A stretch of DNA of 64,000 nucleotides from Bispira polyomma (GCA_965649765.1 OZ287759.1:1488001-1552000); one strand, 5' to 3'. Positions 12,930-24,970 are shown, counted from the stretch's first letter. The notes: generated from the letters alone by a model not told the origin. Numbers and translations: made by a program.

Positions 12930-14340
12930 ATAGACAAAGCACCCGCAGTAGCAAGCACTCTAGCTAGCACCCAAACTAGAAGCCTAGGATTTCCTATAGG
13001 GCATTTTATGCTAAAGCCTTAAATGGCACAAGTGGGTTTGACATTGCAAACATTTGGGACCAATAATAATTCTGTGATAGGCACATTAAAGTTTGACGTA
13101 CCCATATGACCTTGCACGAGGGATCCAAGGTAAAATGTGACCAAAAAATTGATTTCCCATGATTTCCTGTAGGTTAGTTTCACATCCCAAACCTCTACGA
13201 CCATGATTTTCTTACGTTGGTTTGACATTCTAAATCTCTAGGACCAATAATAAGCAAGTTATAAGCACTTTTAAATTTGACTACCCTCATCTGACCTTGA
13301 AGGAGGGGCCCAAGGTCAAATCTGACTACATCAGAAGATTCACAAGCCATGATTACCTATAAGTTTTGGTTTCACATTGCAAACCTGTAGGACCAATAAT
13401 AGGCGAGTTATAAGCACTTTTAAGTTGAACTACCCTCGTCTGACCTTGAAGAAGGGGTCAAAGGTCAAACCTGACCACATCAGAAGATTCTCAGCCCATG
13501 ATTTCCTATAGTTTGGCTTCACATGCCAAACCTCTAGGACCAATAATAAGAGAGATATAGACACTTTTAAAGGCCGCTACAAGGGGTACTTTAGCACTCC
13601 GTGGATGACCATGTCTGCATGCTTGTAGAGGACATATATATCTGTTATACATATCACCTATGAAGAGATTCTACCTTCTAGTTACGAGAACCAGCCAGTA
13701 GAAAAAGGTAGATAAGAAATACCCATGGCGGCCATCTTGTTTTCAGAATGAGGCTAATTTCAGTCGCAGAGATGCTTACCTCCCGATGAAGATATCCTGC
13801 AAATTTAGTAAAGCTAGCTGGTCTAGTTCTTTAAACACCCAATTTTTTGGCTTTTGAAAGCAATTTTCAAAATGCGCTGTACTTTTCAAATCTGTGAATC
13901 AAAAAAAAAATTAACTGAATCAAACTATTTCCAACAATGCACGTCACGATTAATCTATGACATAACGAAAGACACCAAGAATGCACGAAGCCATTGCCAG
14001 ACAACGCCATTTACGGACGACGCCATTTACAGACAATGCCATTTACGGACAACGCTATTAAGGGACGACTCCATTTACAGACGCCGCCATTTACGGAGGA
14101 CGCAATTTACGGACGACGCTATTGTCGGACGCCGCCATTTACGGACAATGCCATTTACTGACGACGCCATTAACGAACGCCGCCATTTACAGACGCCGCC
14201 ATTTACGAACGCTGCAATTTACGAACGACGAAATTGACGGATGACACCATTGACGGACGAAGCTATTGACGGATAAAGCATCCGCCAATAACGGACGAAA
14301 CAAAAAATGCCCACCAGTAATGGTGGACATTATTCAAAAA
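12930..14340 (+). mobile_element. Non-autonomous Helentron-like (HINE-type) element with internal tandem repeats
   Basis: 3-4 copies of a ~149-bp unit with TGACCTTGA...AAGGTCAA; GGCGGCCATCTTG motif; GACG-rich repeat tract; terminal hairpin TGCCCACCA-GTAA-TGGTGGACA then A-rich end. Confidence 0.65.
13990..14300 (+). repeat. 16-bp minisatellite, ~18 copies
   Basis: Unit GCCATTTACGGACGAC with variants. Confidence 0.95.
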
Positions 14341-14374
14341 TTTCAAAAAAGAATAAGTACTTGTTATGACTTAC

Positions 14375-14435
14375 CTAATGAATATTTGGTATCATCAGGT
14401 GCTGCAATGACTGTTTTTCCACTCGTCCAGGGTAG
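14375..14435 (-). ncRNA. Putative exon 3 of the spliced minus-strand transcript
   Basis: Acceptor atgtatatttcAG and donor TAG|GTAAGT; 61 bp. Confidence 0.6.
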
Positions 14436-14480
14436 CTGAAATATACATATATTAATATTTTTATGTATGAGTTAAGCTAG

Positions 14481-14650
14481 TGTAGTGGAAACCCTCCAGA
14501 ACATGAACATATTTGGAGAGTTGGCTTCTTTTTCAGACAATAGCAGGTTAGAGAAGTTATCAATAGGGAAACAAACCTTTAAAGAGCAAAAAATGTGAGT
14601 TTAGAAAATCAAATATAGAGAATAGTTTGGATGACAGAGGTTCTACTGTA
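14481..14650. mobile_element. Tc1/mariner-type MITE (decayed)
   Basis: Left TGTAGTGGAAACCCTC, right GAGGTTCTACTGTA; similar ends at ~260-447 and ~10955-11125. Confidence 0.5.
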
Positions 14651-14834
14651 TTTATACAGAGAAACTATAAGAACAAAATAAAAGGCAATTATATATTACT
14701 ATTATTTATGACACCCAAATTAGAATAACAATTTTTTAGATCTCCCTCGTTTGATAATATACAAAGTCCAGCATCCAATTACATAACAATTAAAAAATCA
14801 CATCAAACTTGCAACTTAATCAGGTAAATTTTAA

Positions 14835-15431
14835 CCCTTTGAGGATTGTAACCGGTTAAAGCTAGCTGGAGTAACTATAACACACTTCACAGTCGATCTC
14901 CTGATATTTTAGAACAGGCTTGTTAAACATGTTGTGAATACATGGAACTGAAGGACAGTCAAATGAATACTTCTACGGTGTTGACATAGTTCCTATGAAT
15001 TTAGTTTGGGTTTTGACGACAGCTTGAGTCATATCACGACGGCAAGGTGTAATGGTGGCAGTAAACTAGTGGTAATGCACTATAAACCAACGACCCTACA
15101 GCAAGTACCTGACAAACTTTGTCACATGAAGGAATAAACAGCATTTAAACTCACATTGGTGAGAGGCCAGAGATTGTTAAGCAGCCATCTTTAATTATGA
15201 AGCCATCACAGCCCCCCCTCCCCCCCATGGGGAACATACATTTAAGGTATACCTGAATGACCTCTACCTAAGGAGGATTCTACTTAAACAAGGTATAGAT
15301 ATCACAAGATTGGGGCTTGGCTGTTGGATTACACTATATTGGGTTTTCCTCCACATGCACCTGCAGCAAGCGAGTTCCCATGAAGAACAAATACTGTTGA
15401 GTACCAGGCAACAATATAGGCATCCAAAGGG
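14835..15431. mobile_element. piggyBac-type non-autonomous element with nested SINE (~15000-15215)
   Basis: TTAA|CCCTTTG ... CAAAGGG|TTAA: TTAA target duplication and CCC/GGG termini. Confidence 0.7.
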
Positions 15432-15753
15432 TTAATGCCACAATTATTGGTAGGCTTTGATAATGGCCATAACATACAAGTCGTCAACCACTGATTGGTC
15501 ACACAGAAAACTTGGGACTATAGTAATATATTAATTGTAAATTTTATTCTATTAAATACCATTATCAAACAATTATTTATAACTTATTATGACAGCCTTA
15601 TCCATTTTCTATATATATACTACTTCTGTTACAAAAAAATTTAAAAATTTAATGTCGAAGTTTTTGGTAAAAAAAATAACCATTTTGATGTATTTTTTAC
15701 TAGTAAAATACATCTATGTCTACAACTAAAGTATTTAAAACATGTGACAATAC

Positions 15754-15823
15754 CTTATAGGCATCATCACTAAAGGACTTTCAAATCCAAAAGAAACATC
15801 ACTCCACCCAGGTCATCATCATT
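15754..15823 (-). ncRNA. Putative exon 2 of the spliced minus-strand transcript
   Basis: Acceptor gtatttgtatttcAG and donor AAG|GTATTG; 70 bp; stops in all frames. Confidence 0.55.
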
Positions 15824-18800
15824 CTGAAATACAAATACATGTATACTGTTATAATTATATTCTAGTTATTACAAACAATCACATTTCACTCAACGTCATC
15901 AAAAACTTTAATTTTTTTTGAAATGGACAAGATATTTTTTTATTTTACCCTCTTGCAGTTAAATGTTTTTGCAACTTTTAAGATTTTTTACTATAAATTT
16001 GATATTGTAAATTCCGAGAACTATATAAAGCCATAAAAGTGTGAATACCAGCAATCACTATTGGTCAAAATATGTTGGTAAATAGCAGAAATCAATGTGA
16101 TTTGAATCTTAATAGATTGTTGAAGTTTCAAAACACAGGTGCCAAATTGATGTTTAATCTCAGAATGCCTCTCATTAATTCAAATAGATACTACTTTAAA
16201 ATATATGTTGTCAAAATCTACCTACTGTTATCCTGCACATTTTTGTAGTTTTTACAATAAAAGTTTGGCATAATATCCTTAAACATTAACTGCAAATAAA
16301 ATAGTTATATCATTACAAACAATAATTTGGTACCCAGTCATGAACTGGTCTCCTACCACTTGTGGTTCAGTACACTACTAGTGGGGAACTAGACCTATCC
16401 ACACTCACCTGCAACTGTGTACGTATCCGTATATATTTTCATGGGCGATGGTTATACAGTTAACCAATTTAAGTAATTTCCATCCAAATCCGTAAAAAAC
16501 GCTTCTAACCCCTTTTTTTACCCATTAAAGTATATATGGATAAACATGCATGGGTGAGCACAGATATGTCTAGATCTCCACCTACAGTGCACATCAAACA
16601 GTTTGCAAGTTTGACCCCAAAATATGGGTTAGTATTCAGTGGCATAATATTGTAATCATTTGTACTAAACAATCATGGTCATAGCAAGAATTATGGGCAC
16701 CCCTGCAGTACTTTTTGCAAACTCATAATTCCATGATATAGTATTGCTGGTTATGAATGGTACAGTAGATCAAATGAAATACCCAATGTAACACATACAA
16801 TTTCATCTTTAACAAGAATGAAGTGACCACTAGCGGTCACAAATCAAGAATTGTTCAAGAGAACAAACCAACAGGCAAATATTAAAATATAACCTTCTAG
16901 CTTCAAATTACAAATTAAAACCTTATGAAACAATTCAATTTGTAGGCGATAATATAATATTTTGATGAATTTTCAGAATTGCCGAACATGCAAATTTGAC
17001 CGAATCAGCTTCGAACCCAATTTTTAAAAGCTGTTTTTACCAAACTTTCGATCTTTAGCAACACTAATAATAGTAAGTTAAACAATTTTATTATCGTCCA
17101 AGTCTTATATTTTTGCTTTACCATACCAACACTACTCTTAAGAGATGAAACTCACAGTTTTGCATCAAATTAAACACATTATTGTGGTGAACGGCGGTCG
17201 CGAAAACGCGATACTAGCATGTGGTTGGCCAGTGAAGCTATGCGCGAGGTCCCGGATGTAACCAAGGACAGATTGACCGCCATATTTAAAGACTCAACAC
17301 ATATCTCAGATAAGTGAAGTTTTAAAGTGGTAAATCGTGGGTCAGTACACACCATATTACAGCTTATTACAAGTACAGTGGTGTCTTGTTGCGTGGTTGG
17401 CGTTTTGGCCATCAACCAAGCTCAATAAGGTAAGTGTTCACTTTATTGGTACCAGAAATATATTGGTGTGGACATTGCACTTTTTTAGATCTGGTTACCT
17501 GGTAGTGAATAATTTGTAAAATAATTTACACATTATATAAAGTGGCAAGTTGTGTTTATATGTAAAAATTATATTGTAATATTTTTCAATTTTAAAAATT
17601 GAAGGGACATACAGTGAGTTTGTACCTAATTTGGTCATATGAAAATTTACTGTGAATTGTGTGTGGAATTAATATTACATTGTACTAAGTTTTGGTGCGA
17701 TTTAGTGTACTGAACTCAGTGAAAATTTGTATAGTGTGAATCGTTACATTTGGCGATTTGCTTTAGTACACATAATTTGCTACTGATTGTGTGTGAATTA
17801 TTTTTTGAAATAAATATATTGATATAATATATATAGATTCTGTATAGTATATGCTGAAGAAAAATAAAATATTGAAAGGAATAAGTAAAAGCAATATTTA
17901 TTTATAGTAAATCTGTATTTCTTTCATATTTTAAAATAGCAGATTTAAATTGTTGTGTACTGTCGACAATAATTTATTGACAGTATATTGTGGCGGTAAT
18001 TGTGTAATTTTATATAGTTGAATTAAATTTCAGTATTGTGTGAATATTTGATTATTTGACAGTGTTGATATATATATTGATAAATATTGAATAGTTGCAT
18101 GTCGATATATTGGAAAGTTGACACTAATACTAGTTAACACGATACCAGTATATAAGCAATTATTAAAGGCAAAATTGAATTATTAAATTTGTTTTGCAAT
18201 TGTATTGTGTTATATATGTAGATAGTTGACTTATAATTAAGTTAACGGAATTAAAGCAACTGTTAATTAACCGTTGTCGTGATTTTATTGCGACTATCTA
18301 GTTAGCGGTAAATATATAATAAAATTTTTTAATTAAAAAAAAAAAAAAAAAACTTTTGGAAAAAATTATATGTAGTGGAATATAGGGAGTGGATTTATGT
18401 TTCGAATCTGTCTAGTGTCAGTTGCCTGGTTATTGGACGGTATTGTGAAAGCAAATAAATTACTCCTGAGTAGTAAATTCAACTTTTGGTCGAAATTAAA
18501 TTATAGAAATAAAATTTTGGTATAAATTGTTGCTGTTGTTCTGCGAATGTGAAATTTGCATGATATAGTACATTAACATTTATTGATTAGAAATCAATCA
18601 ATTAGTCAAGTTACCAATTACTCTAGTTAAGTTGCATGTTCTGTGATTTTTTAGAGTAAATTAGGTCGGATTGGCCAAACTAAAATTTATTAAAAATTTC
18701 AATCAATTAACTAGTTTAGTAACAAATTCCTCTACTTTAGTTGCATGTTCTGTGATTTTTTAGAGTGAAATAGGCTAGTCTGATTGAAATACAATATACT

Positions 18801-18981
18801 TTGGACTAAGTTGCGTTTTATTACAATTGTAGTTGGATAGTGAAGATCGTCGTGGAAAAGTGTAATCGAAATAGAAATTCGAGTGTGGTTAAATTGTGTG
18901 TGGCAATTTTGGTGAGTTTGAAATTTTGATTAATTGCTACAAATTTCTTTCAAGCTGGGTTTTCGTGATTTAGGAAAAAAA

Positions 18982-21900
18982 ATGGCTGAGCAAATCAGTT
19001 TGAGGCAATTCGATATTGAGAATGTCACTATGGGTGAGTTAATATCGTTACCCGGTGTTGGTGAGAAGCGATCTCAGGACATTCTCGACGCGAGGGAGCG
19101 TTATAGTGGGAGGATGACCTTGGAGATGTTCAACGAATTAAAGTGGCCTTTGAGTTTGAAAAGCAAATTGATAGAAGAAAATGTGTTTATGTTTTCGAGA
19201 ATTGAGAAACCATTATCAGGGGGTGACAGAGGAAACGTAGTTGGAATGCAAACGGGAGTATCTGATCACGATGTATTTTTTAGTGAGTCGAAGCAGTCGC
19301 AGTTAACAGAATCTGATGATGATACGACTTTCGAGAAACCGGGATCGTTGGAATTGCAAACGGATAGTGAAGATGCGGCTTTTGTAAAATCGGAACCGTG
19401 GCAATCAGAGCTGACCGATGTCGATATGGCAACTGAGAAATTGAAATCATTGCAATTAGGATCGGTTGAGGAAAGTTTAACTTACAGTGAACCCGAGTTG
19501 AAAGATTTAAAGAAAATGTCTCCAGGGCAGTTTAATGTTATCTTTAACCTTTTGCAAAAGGTCATGGGTAAAATGGAATCTTTAAGTCACGGTACAGATG
19601 ACTTTAAAAAGGTTAGTGAAAAGGTAGAAGATGTATTGCCCAAACATATCGAAGTCCTCGAAAAAAAGTGCGATCGGGTGGGGTCGCAAGTAACCAGTCT
19701 TGACACTAGTGTGGTGGCACTAGGTGTAAAGGTAGGAGAAAATAAGGAAAAATATGATATGGTGGAAAGTAAGGTGCATGATCTTGATTCCAGTGTTGAG
19801 AAACTAGGTTTGAAAGTGGGACAAAATATTCAGAGTGCCCAACAGAATATTCTGAGTGTTCGACAGGAAGTTGTCAAAGTGTCTGATCAAGTTCAATTAG
19901 TGAACAGCAACATTAAGAAGGTCAATGTTGATATTGGAACTGAAGTGACCAAGGTTAAAGAAGATGTACAGGTCAACACCCAGGTAGTTGCGGAGATAAA
20001 ACAGGAAGTGAGTGGCATGTGTGAGCGCATTCAGTCTACAGATAGGAAAATACATTTGCTCGATGACAAGGTCAGGAGCGATGAGCAAATCCATGATCAG
20101 GAGTTGACAAAATTGCAGAATGAACTGGGTAGCGTGTTCTTGCATATCCAGTCAACTGATAAGCAGGTGTCAGATCTCAATCAGCAGGTGGCAAGTCAAC
20201 ATCAACCTGTAACAAAAGAATTGGTCGTTTTGAGGCAGGACGTTGGTGCTTTAAGGGATGATGTGGACAAACTAAAACTGCAACCGCAGTTAGCTACTAC
20301 TGGTGTCGGGATGACATCAGAGGTGCAGCGCATCGATGAGGATCTTAACAGATTATTGCAGGAATTATCGGCTCTGAGAGCGGAGAGGGATTCAGTTGTT
20401 GAGCACTATATGATGGAAAAGGAGGCACAAATTAAACGGATACAGCAAATGCAAGGGCGAAGGAGTGATTTGGTTGCAAAAGCTAAAAAGCTAGTCAATC
20501 AAAATCAAGAGTTTGCAGAGGAGTTGATCTGTGAGGAAGGCAAGGAAATCTGTAAAAAAATCACTGGAGGCGTTACCGACATGAAACAGAAATTTGGTGT
20601 CGAATTCACTTTGCCTTCAAGTTGGCAAACAGATTTGGAATGGACTGGATATGACTTGTTTTCCAAAGCTGAGGCTGTACCAACCACTTCACTTGATGAA
20701 TTGGATTTCGGGGAGGCACTTGACCCTCAATCTGATCGTGCCCGTAGAAGATATGCCCCTGTTCCCAAAGACCGGGGATCCAGTGGATTGTCTTCTACTC
20801 CTGTGGTGGAGCCGGCCCTTGAGCGAGTATTTGCCGAAAAGACAGTGGATGCGCGATATGTGAGTAAGAAGTCATCTCGCACTCAAGCTCAGAAAGGAAA
20901 ATCGAAGAAGCACTCTCGCCCAGAGACAGTCGTAGTGGAGAAAATGACTTTTACAGAAGAAAGTGATGACTTAGTTCTGCAGGGAGCGAGGTAGAAGAAG
21001 CGGGTGGAGCATCATCATCTAAAGTGAGTGCTACCATTCGTACTACCAGCATACGTAACCGTGGGACTTTGGATGTACCAAAACTAACATTTAATGGTGA
21101 ATACTGGAGGGGTTTCATTGGACAATTTGAAACATATGCCAAGAGTATGCCGTGGACAGAGGCAACCAAGATTGACGCGTTTTCCATGTGTTTGAGGAAA
21201 GAAGCTTCTGAATTCTACAGCATTTTACCAGCTTTAGTGACTTGTAGTTTTGAGGAGATAAAAAAGAAGTTTGAAAGTCATTTTGAGAAAACTGATGTTT
21301 CAAGCACGATCCGTTGGGAACTTTTAGCTGTCGAGCAACTGGAAGATGAATCTTTGGAAAGATTTTTAACTCGATTACAGAAAATGATCATTAGTGCGTA
21401 TCCTGATACTGCTCAACAGGAACTCAATTGTGCGAGGCCTTCTTAAAAGGTTGTCGGGATAAATCTTCGGCTTTAGCGGCTGGTACCAAGTCACTGACTA
21501 CACTGGAGGAGGCGTATAAATATGTCAAGCAAGAACAGCACATGAGAAGATCTATATATGGAAAAAAAGCATCCACTAAGATGGTGCAGCAGTTACAGTT
21601 CATCACAAACACAAATAGTTCTGGTGATGAGGTAGCCAATAGTGCCACAGCCAAACAAGTGGTTGTTCCTAGGAAATTCGATGTAAAACCCAGGGTACAG
21701 TTTGCTGAGCATTCCAACTTGGAGTCAAAAGTGGATAGCCTGGAGAGGACATTGAATGAATTAGTGAAAGGATTAAATAAAGTTCAAACGCCAAGTCCAT
21801 ACTCTCCGAACAGGAGTCAAATGACATGCTTTGAGTGTAATGACCCACGTCATTTGTACCAGGATTGTCCAAGGAGGAGGTATTCACAAGGAAGTCCTAG

Positions 21901-22216
21901 GTTAAGTGGTTCTGGATATCGCTATTCAGATTATCAAAACCGTGGTGATTACAGCAGGGACCAACCAAGATATAACTACAGTCCTAGCCGGAATAACAGT
22001 CCAAACTGTGGTAGTTATAGTCCTCAAAGAGGTAAATATAATCCCAGTAGAAGCGTTAATCCAAACTGGAGAACATCAGCCAAAGATGAGCCACCGTGAG
22101 GCTATCAAGCGAATCCACCCTATAACTCACCAAGGCGGGATTTTAAAGATGTGAAAGGTACTCCACCTCACGGGGGTTATGTGGACGGAAGAGCTAAGAT
22201 AGTTTCTTTAAACTAG
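18982..22216 (+). pseudogene. gag: Extended Gag (~1,075 aa reconstructed): HhH domain, acidic repeats, coiled coil, capsid, CCHC zinc knuckle, S/P/R/Y-rich tail
   Basis: ORFs 18934-20994, 21024-21446 and 21428-22099 join via two frameshifts (~20971, ~21428) and a TGA at 22097; capsid PKLTFNGEYWRGFIGQFE..W....K....CLRKEA; knuckle CFECNDPRHLYQDC; natural stop TAG 22214-22216. Confidence 0.9.
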
Positions 22217-22256
22217 AAAAGGGGGGTGGCATAAACGACAGCGACCCATCCCTCTT
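22207..22256 (+). promoter_or_regulatory. -1 programmed ribosomal frameshift signal (gag to pol)
   Basis: T TTA AAC directly before the gag TAG; -1 frame is open into the protease ORF (22255); GGGGGGTGG can pair with CCATCCCTC. Confidence 0.85.
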
Positions 22257-23977
22257 GAAAATCAGCGCTGTTTCTCATATTCATCAGGACGGAAATTCTC
22301 CCTATCACTGTCATGAATTGTGCGCGGCAAACCAGCAAAATCTCAGTGCCATTATCCCTTGTACAGTGAATGGTCTTTCCACGAAGGCATTATTGGATAC
22401 TGGGGCTGAGGTTAGCTTAATGAGTTTTGAGATGTATGGGAAATTGCAAGATAGACCTCGTTTAACAGAAAAATTTTAAGTAACTGGAGTAGGTAAAAAC
22501 ATGAAAATTAATGCCTGGTTATTACGAGATGTGGACATTTCTTTCCAGCATCAGTAAGGTCAAAAGTGGAATTTGTTAGTGGCTGCGATTAAAGATCCAT
22601 TAATCATCGGCATAGATTTCTTGTGTCATTTTGGGGCAGTATTGGACTTTGAAAACTTAAAATTCTGTTTGAATAAAGTTGCCAGAGATCACTCAACTTA
22701 AAAGTGAGGAAGGAACTCCTTTTGAAAATTGCAAAGTGATGCTTGACAGAAAGATCTGTGTACCACCAATAACAGTTCTAAGAACGACAGCTGTGACATC
22801 AGTGCCAATTACCCGAGAAATGGTCATTGTGTCTACAGAGAAGAATAAAGGACTACTTTTACCAAATATTTTAGTGAGTCCGGGAATTAAAGTGCCAATT
22901 CAACTCGTAAATGATACCAGTAGTTATATAGCGTTGTGGCGAGGTCATGTGTTAGGTAATGCAGTGTTGTGTGACATGGTTGTTGATGAAGGGCAGAAAG
23001 GTGTTTCTTGTAGAAATGTGACCATGTCGAATCCGCAAATGCTACCAGAACATCTTGAGGAATTGTACCAGAGGTCTATAAAAATATTGAACAGGGAGGA
23101 AGCTAGTAAGGTAAAGTCATTATAGTGGCAATTCCGGGAAACTTTCTCCACAGGGGGTCACGATTTAGGATGTTTCACTGAGGTTAAACACACAATTAAT
23201 ACTGGAAGTGAACGTCCTGTAAAACAAGCTATGCGTAGGACTCCGTTAGGTTTCGAAAAGGAAGAGGAAGACAACTTAAAGTTAATGTTGGAGATTGGCG
23301 TTATTTCTGAATCATCATCTGATTGGGCTTCAGCACCAGTCCTAGTCAGGAAAAAGGATGGAACTGTAAGATATTGTGTGGATTTTCAGAATTTAAACCA
23401 AAAAACTGTTAAAGATTTATTTCCATTACCATCAATTTCACAATGCATCGACCAGCTTTCAGGAAATAAGTACTTCTCCACTTTAGACATGGCCAGTGGT
23501 TATTGGCAAATAGAAATAGATGAAAGAGACAGACACAAAACTGCCTTTATCACCAAGTATGGGTTATTTGAACATAAGCGAATGGCATTTGGACTTTGCA
23601 ATGCACCAGCTACATTCCAGCGAGTGATACAGTTTGTGTTGCGGGGTTTAACCTAGAATAAAGTACTGGCATATATTGACGTGGTTATTTTTGGAAAAAA
23701 CTTTGAGGACCACCTAAAAAACTTGCATCTGACATTTGAGAGGTTTCAGAAATAGAACCTCAAACTGAAACCTAAAAAATGCAGTTTGTTCCATACCGAA
23801 ACACTATTCCTTGGGAGGGTAGTGAGTGAAGAAGGCATGGCAATAAATCCAGAGAATGTGGAAAAAGTAATGTCATGGCCAGTTCCAAAGTCAGTGAAAG
23901 ATGTGGAAAAATTCTTGGGATTCCTGAATTATCACCGAGAGCACATCCAGGAGTATACCAAACTTACCTCAGTGTAG
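22207..23977 (+). pseudogene. pol: pol fragment: aspartic protease, spacer domain, reverse transcriptase
   Basis: ALLDTGAEVSLM protease; WASAPVLVRKKDGTVRYCVDF, LDMASGYWQI, FGLCNAPATFQR RT motifs; YIDD reduced to YID; several stops and frameshifts. Confidence 0.95.
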
Positions 23978-24860
23978 GGTAGAATATTATTGATTTCGAA
24001 TTGTTGAGGGGCAAGGTCTGTCAGTATGAAACAATTTCATTGATTACTGTATTAGTGATTCCGATTTGCTGACCACACACTGACATTTTAAAGCATATTA
24101 ACAATAAATATTGCATAGATAGGAAAGCACATGGATGGAATTGTTTTGAAAGGTAAATTTTTATTAAATGTTATTGCGTCTGGCAAAATGCTATATTATT
24201 ATTAGTAAAGCAAAATTTATATCAATGACGAAGTGTTAATTAAAGTACATACCGGGGGTACGTGCACAGTGAAGGATAATTGTTATAACTGTTTAAATAT
24301 TATTATATCAATGGCAGTAGTATGCCGACCTCCATTGTCATTTATCACTACGTTTAAAGACTCAATACCTTCTACCAGGCTGTTATTCAACACATTTAAA
24401 CCTACATATTTCAGAGAATATTAAACAATCTCCGAAAATACACCAAAGATAGAACACAATTCACTTGGCGTGTCAAAGTGCAGTCTATATATAGCATACA
24501 AATACACTAGACTAGTTCCTGCAGTACACAAGTCTTGAAGTGCACACACTATTATACAAACATGTGCCAAATATGTGCTGTTCCACTTCACACCACACAG
24601 AAACTTCAGCAATATTAAACCATGCAATTTTAATAATAATGTACAAGTTACCATTAATATTCAAAGTGACCGTAATTGGTCTACTGTGGTTCATAATTGC
24701 TGGGAGTAATCAATGCAAACATTTATCAAACCCAAGAAAACAAATTGCTGGCCTGCCCACACTGTGCAACGTACAGTACCTATCTGCTTTAATGAAGGTC
24801 TACCAAATACCAGAAACCACCATTTACATAACACTATAACTGCTAAATGTAGAAAGTTAC

Positions 24861-24970
24861 CTGAAGAAGATTGAATCCTTTCTTTTCATATAAATCCACA
24901 ATGTCAGGCTAACATTCTGCAACTTCTAACTTTTACTGGCAACTTTCAAAATGGCCGGATTCAAACGTGG
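24861..24970 (-). ncRNA. Putative first exon of the spliced minus-strand transcript
   Basis: Donor CAG|GTAACT at 24860/24861, next to a promoter motif cluster; start position approximate. Confidence 0.5.

Larger units (their letters stand above)
17183..23977 (+). mobile_element. Ty3/Gypsy LTR retrotransposon, decayed and 3'-truncated (no RNase H, integrase or 3' LTR)
   Basis: gag (capsid, CCHC knuckle), protease and RT in order; CpG-rich leader starting TGTGG at 17183 with TATTTAAA at 17283; homology ends abruptly at ~23977. Confidence 0.9.

Noticed and set aside
12905-12930. Strong minus-strand donor ATG|GTAAGT as an extra exon
   Set aside because: No matching acceptor; it abuts the Helentron-like element, and removing that element leaves too little room for an intron
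13854-14237. 127-aa repetitive ORF; CRISPR-like look of the 16-bp array
   Set aside because: Contiguous tandem units with no unique spacers and no cas genes; the translation cycles through the three frames of the repeat
19897-21887. Antisense ORFs overlapping gag (and plus-strand ORFs over the 60-63.5 kb element)
   Set aside because: Short shadow ORFs opposite real coding sequence, with no domain signal
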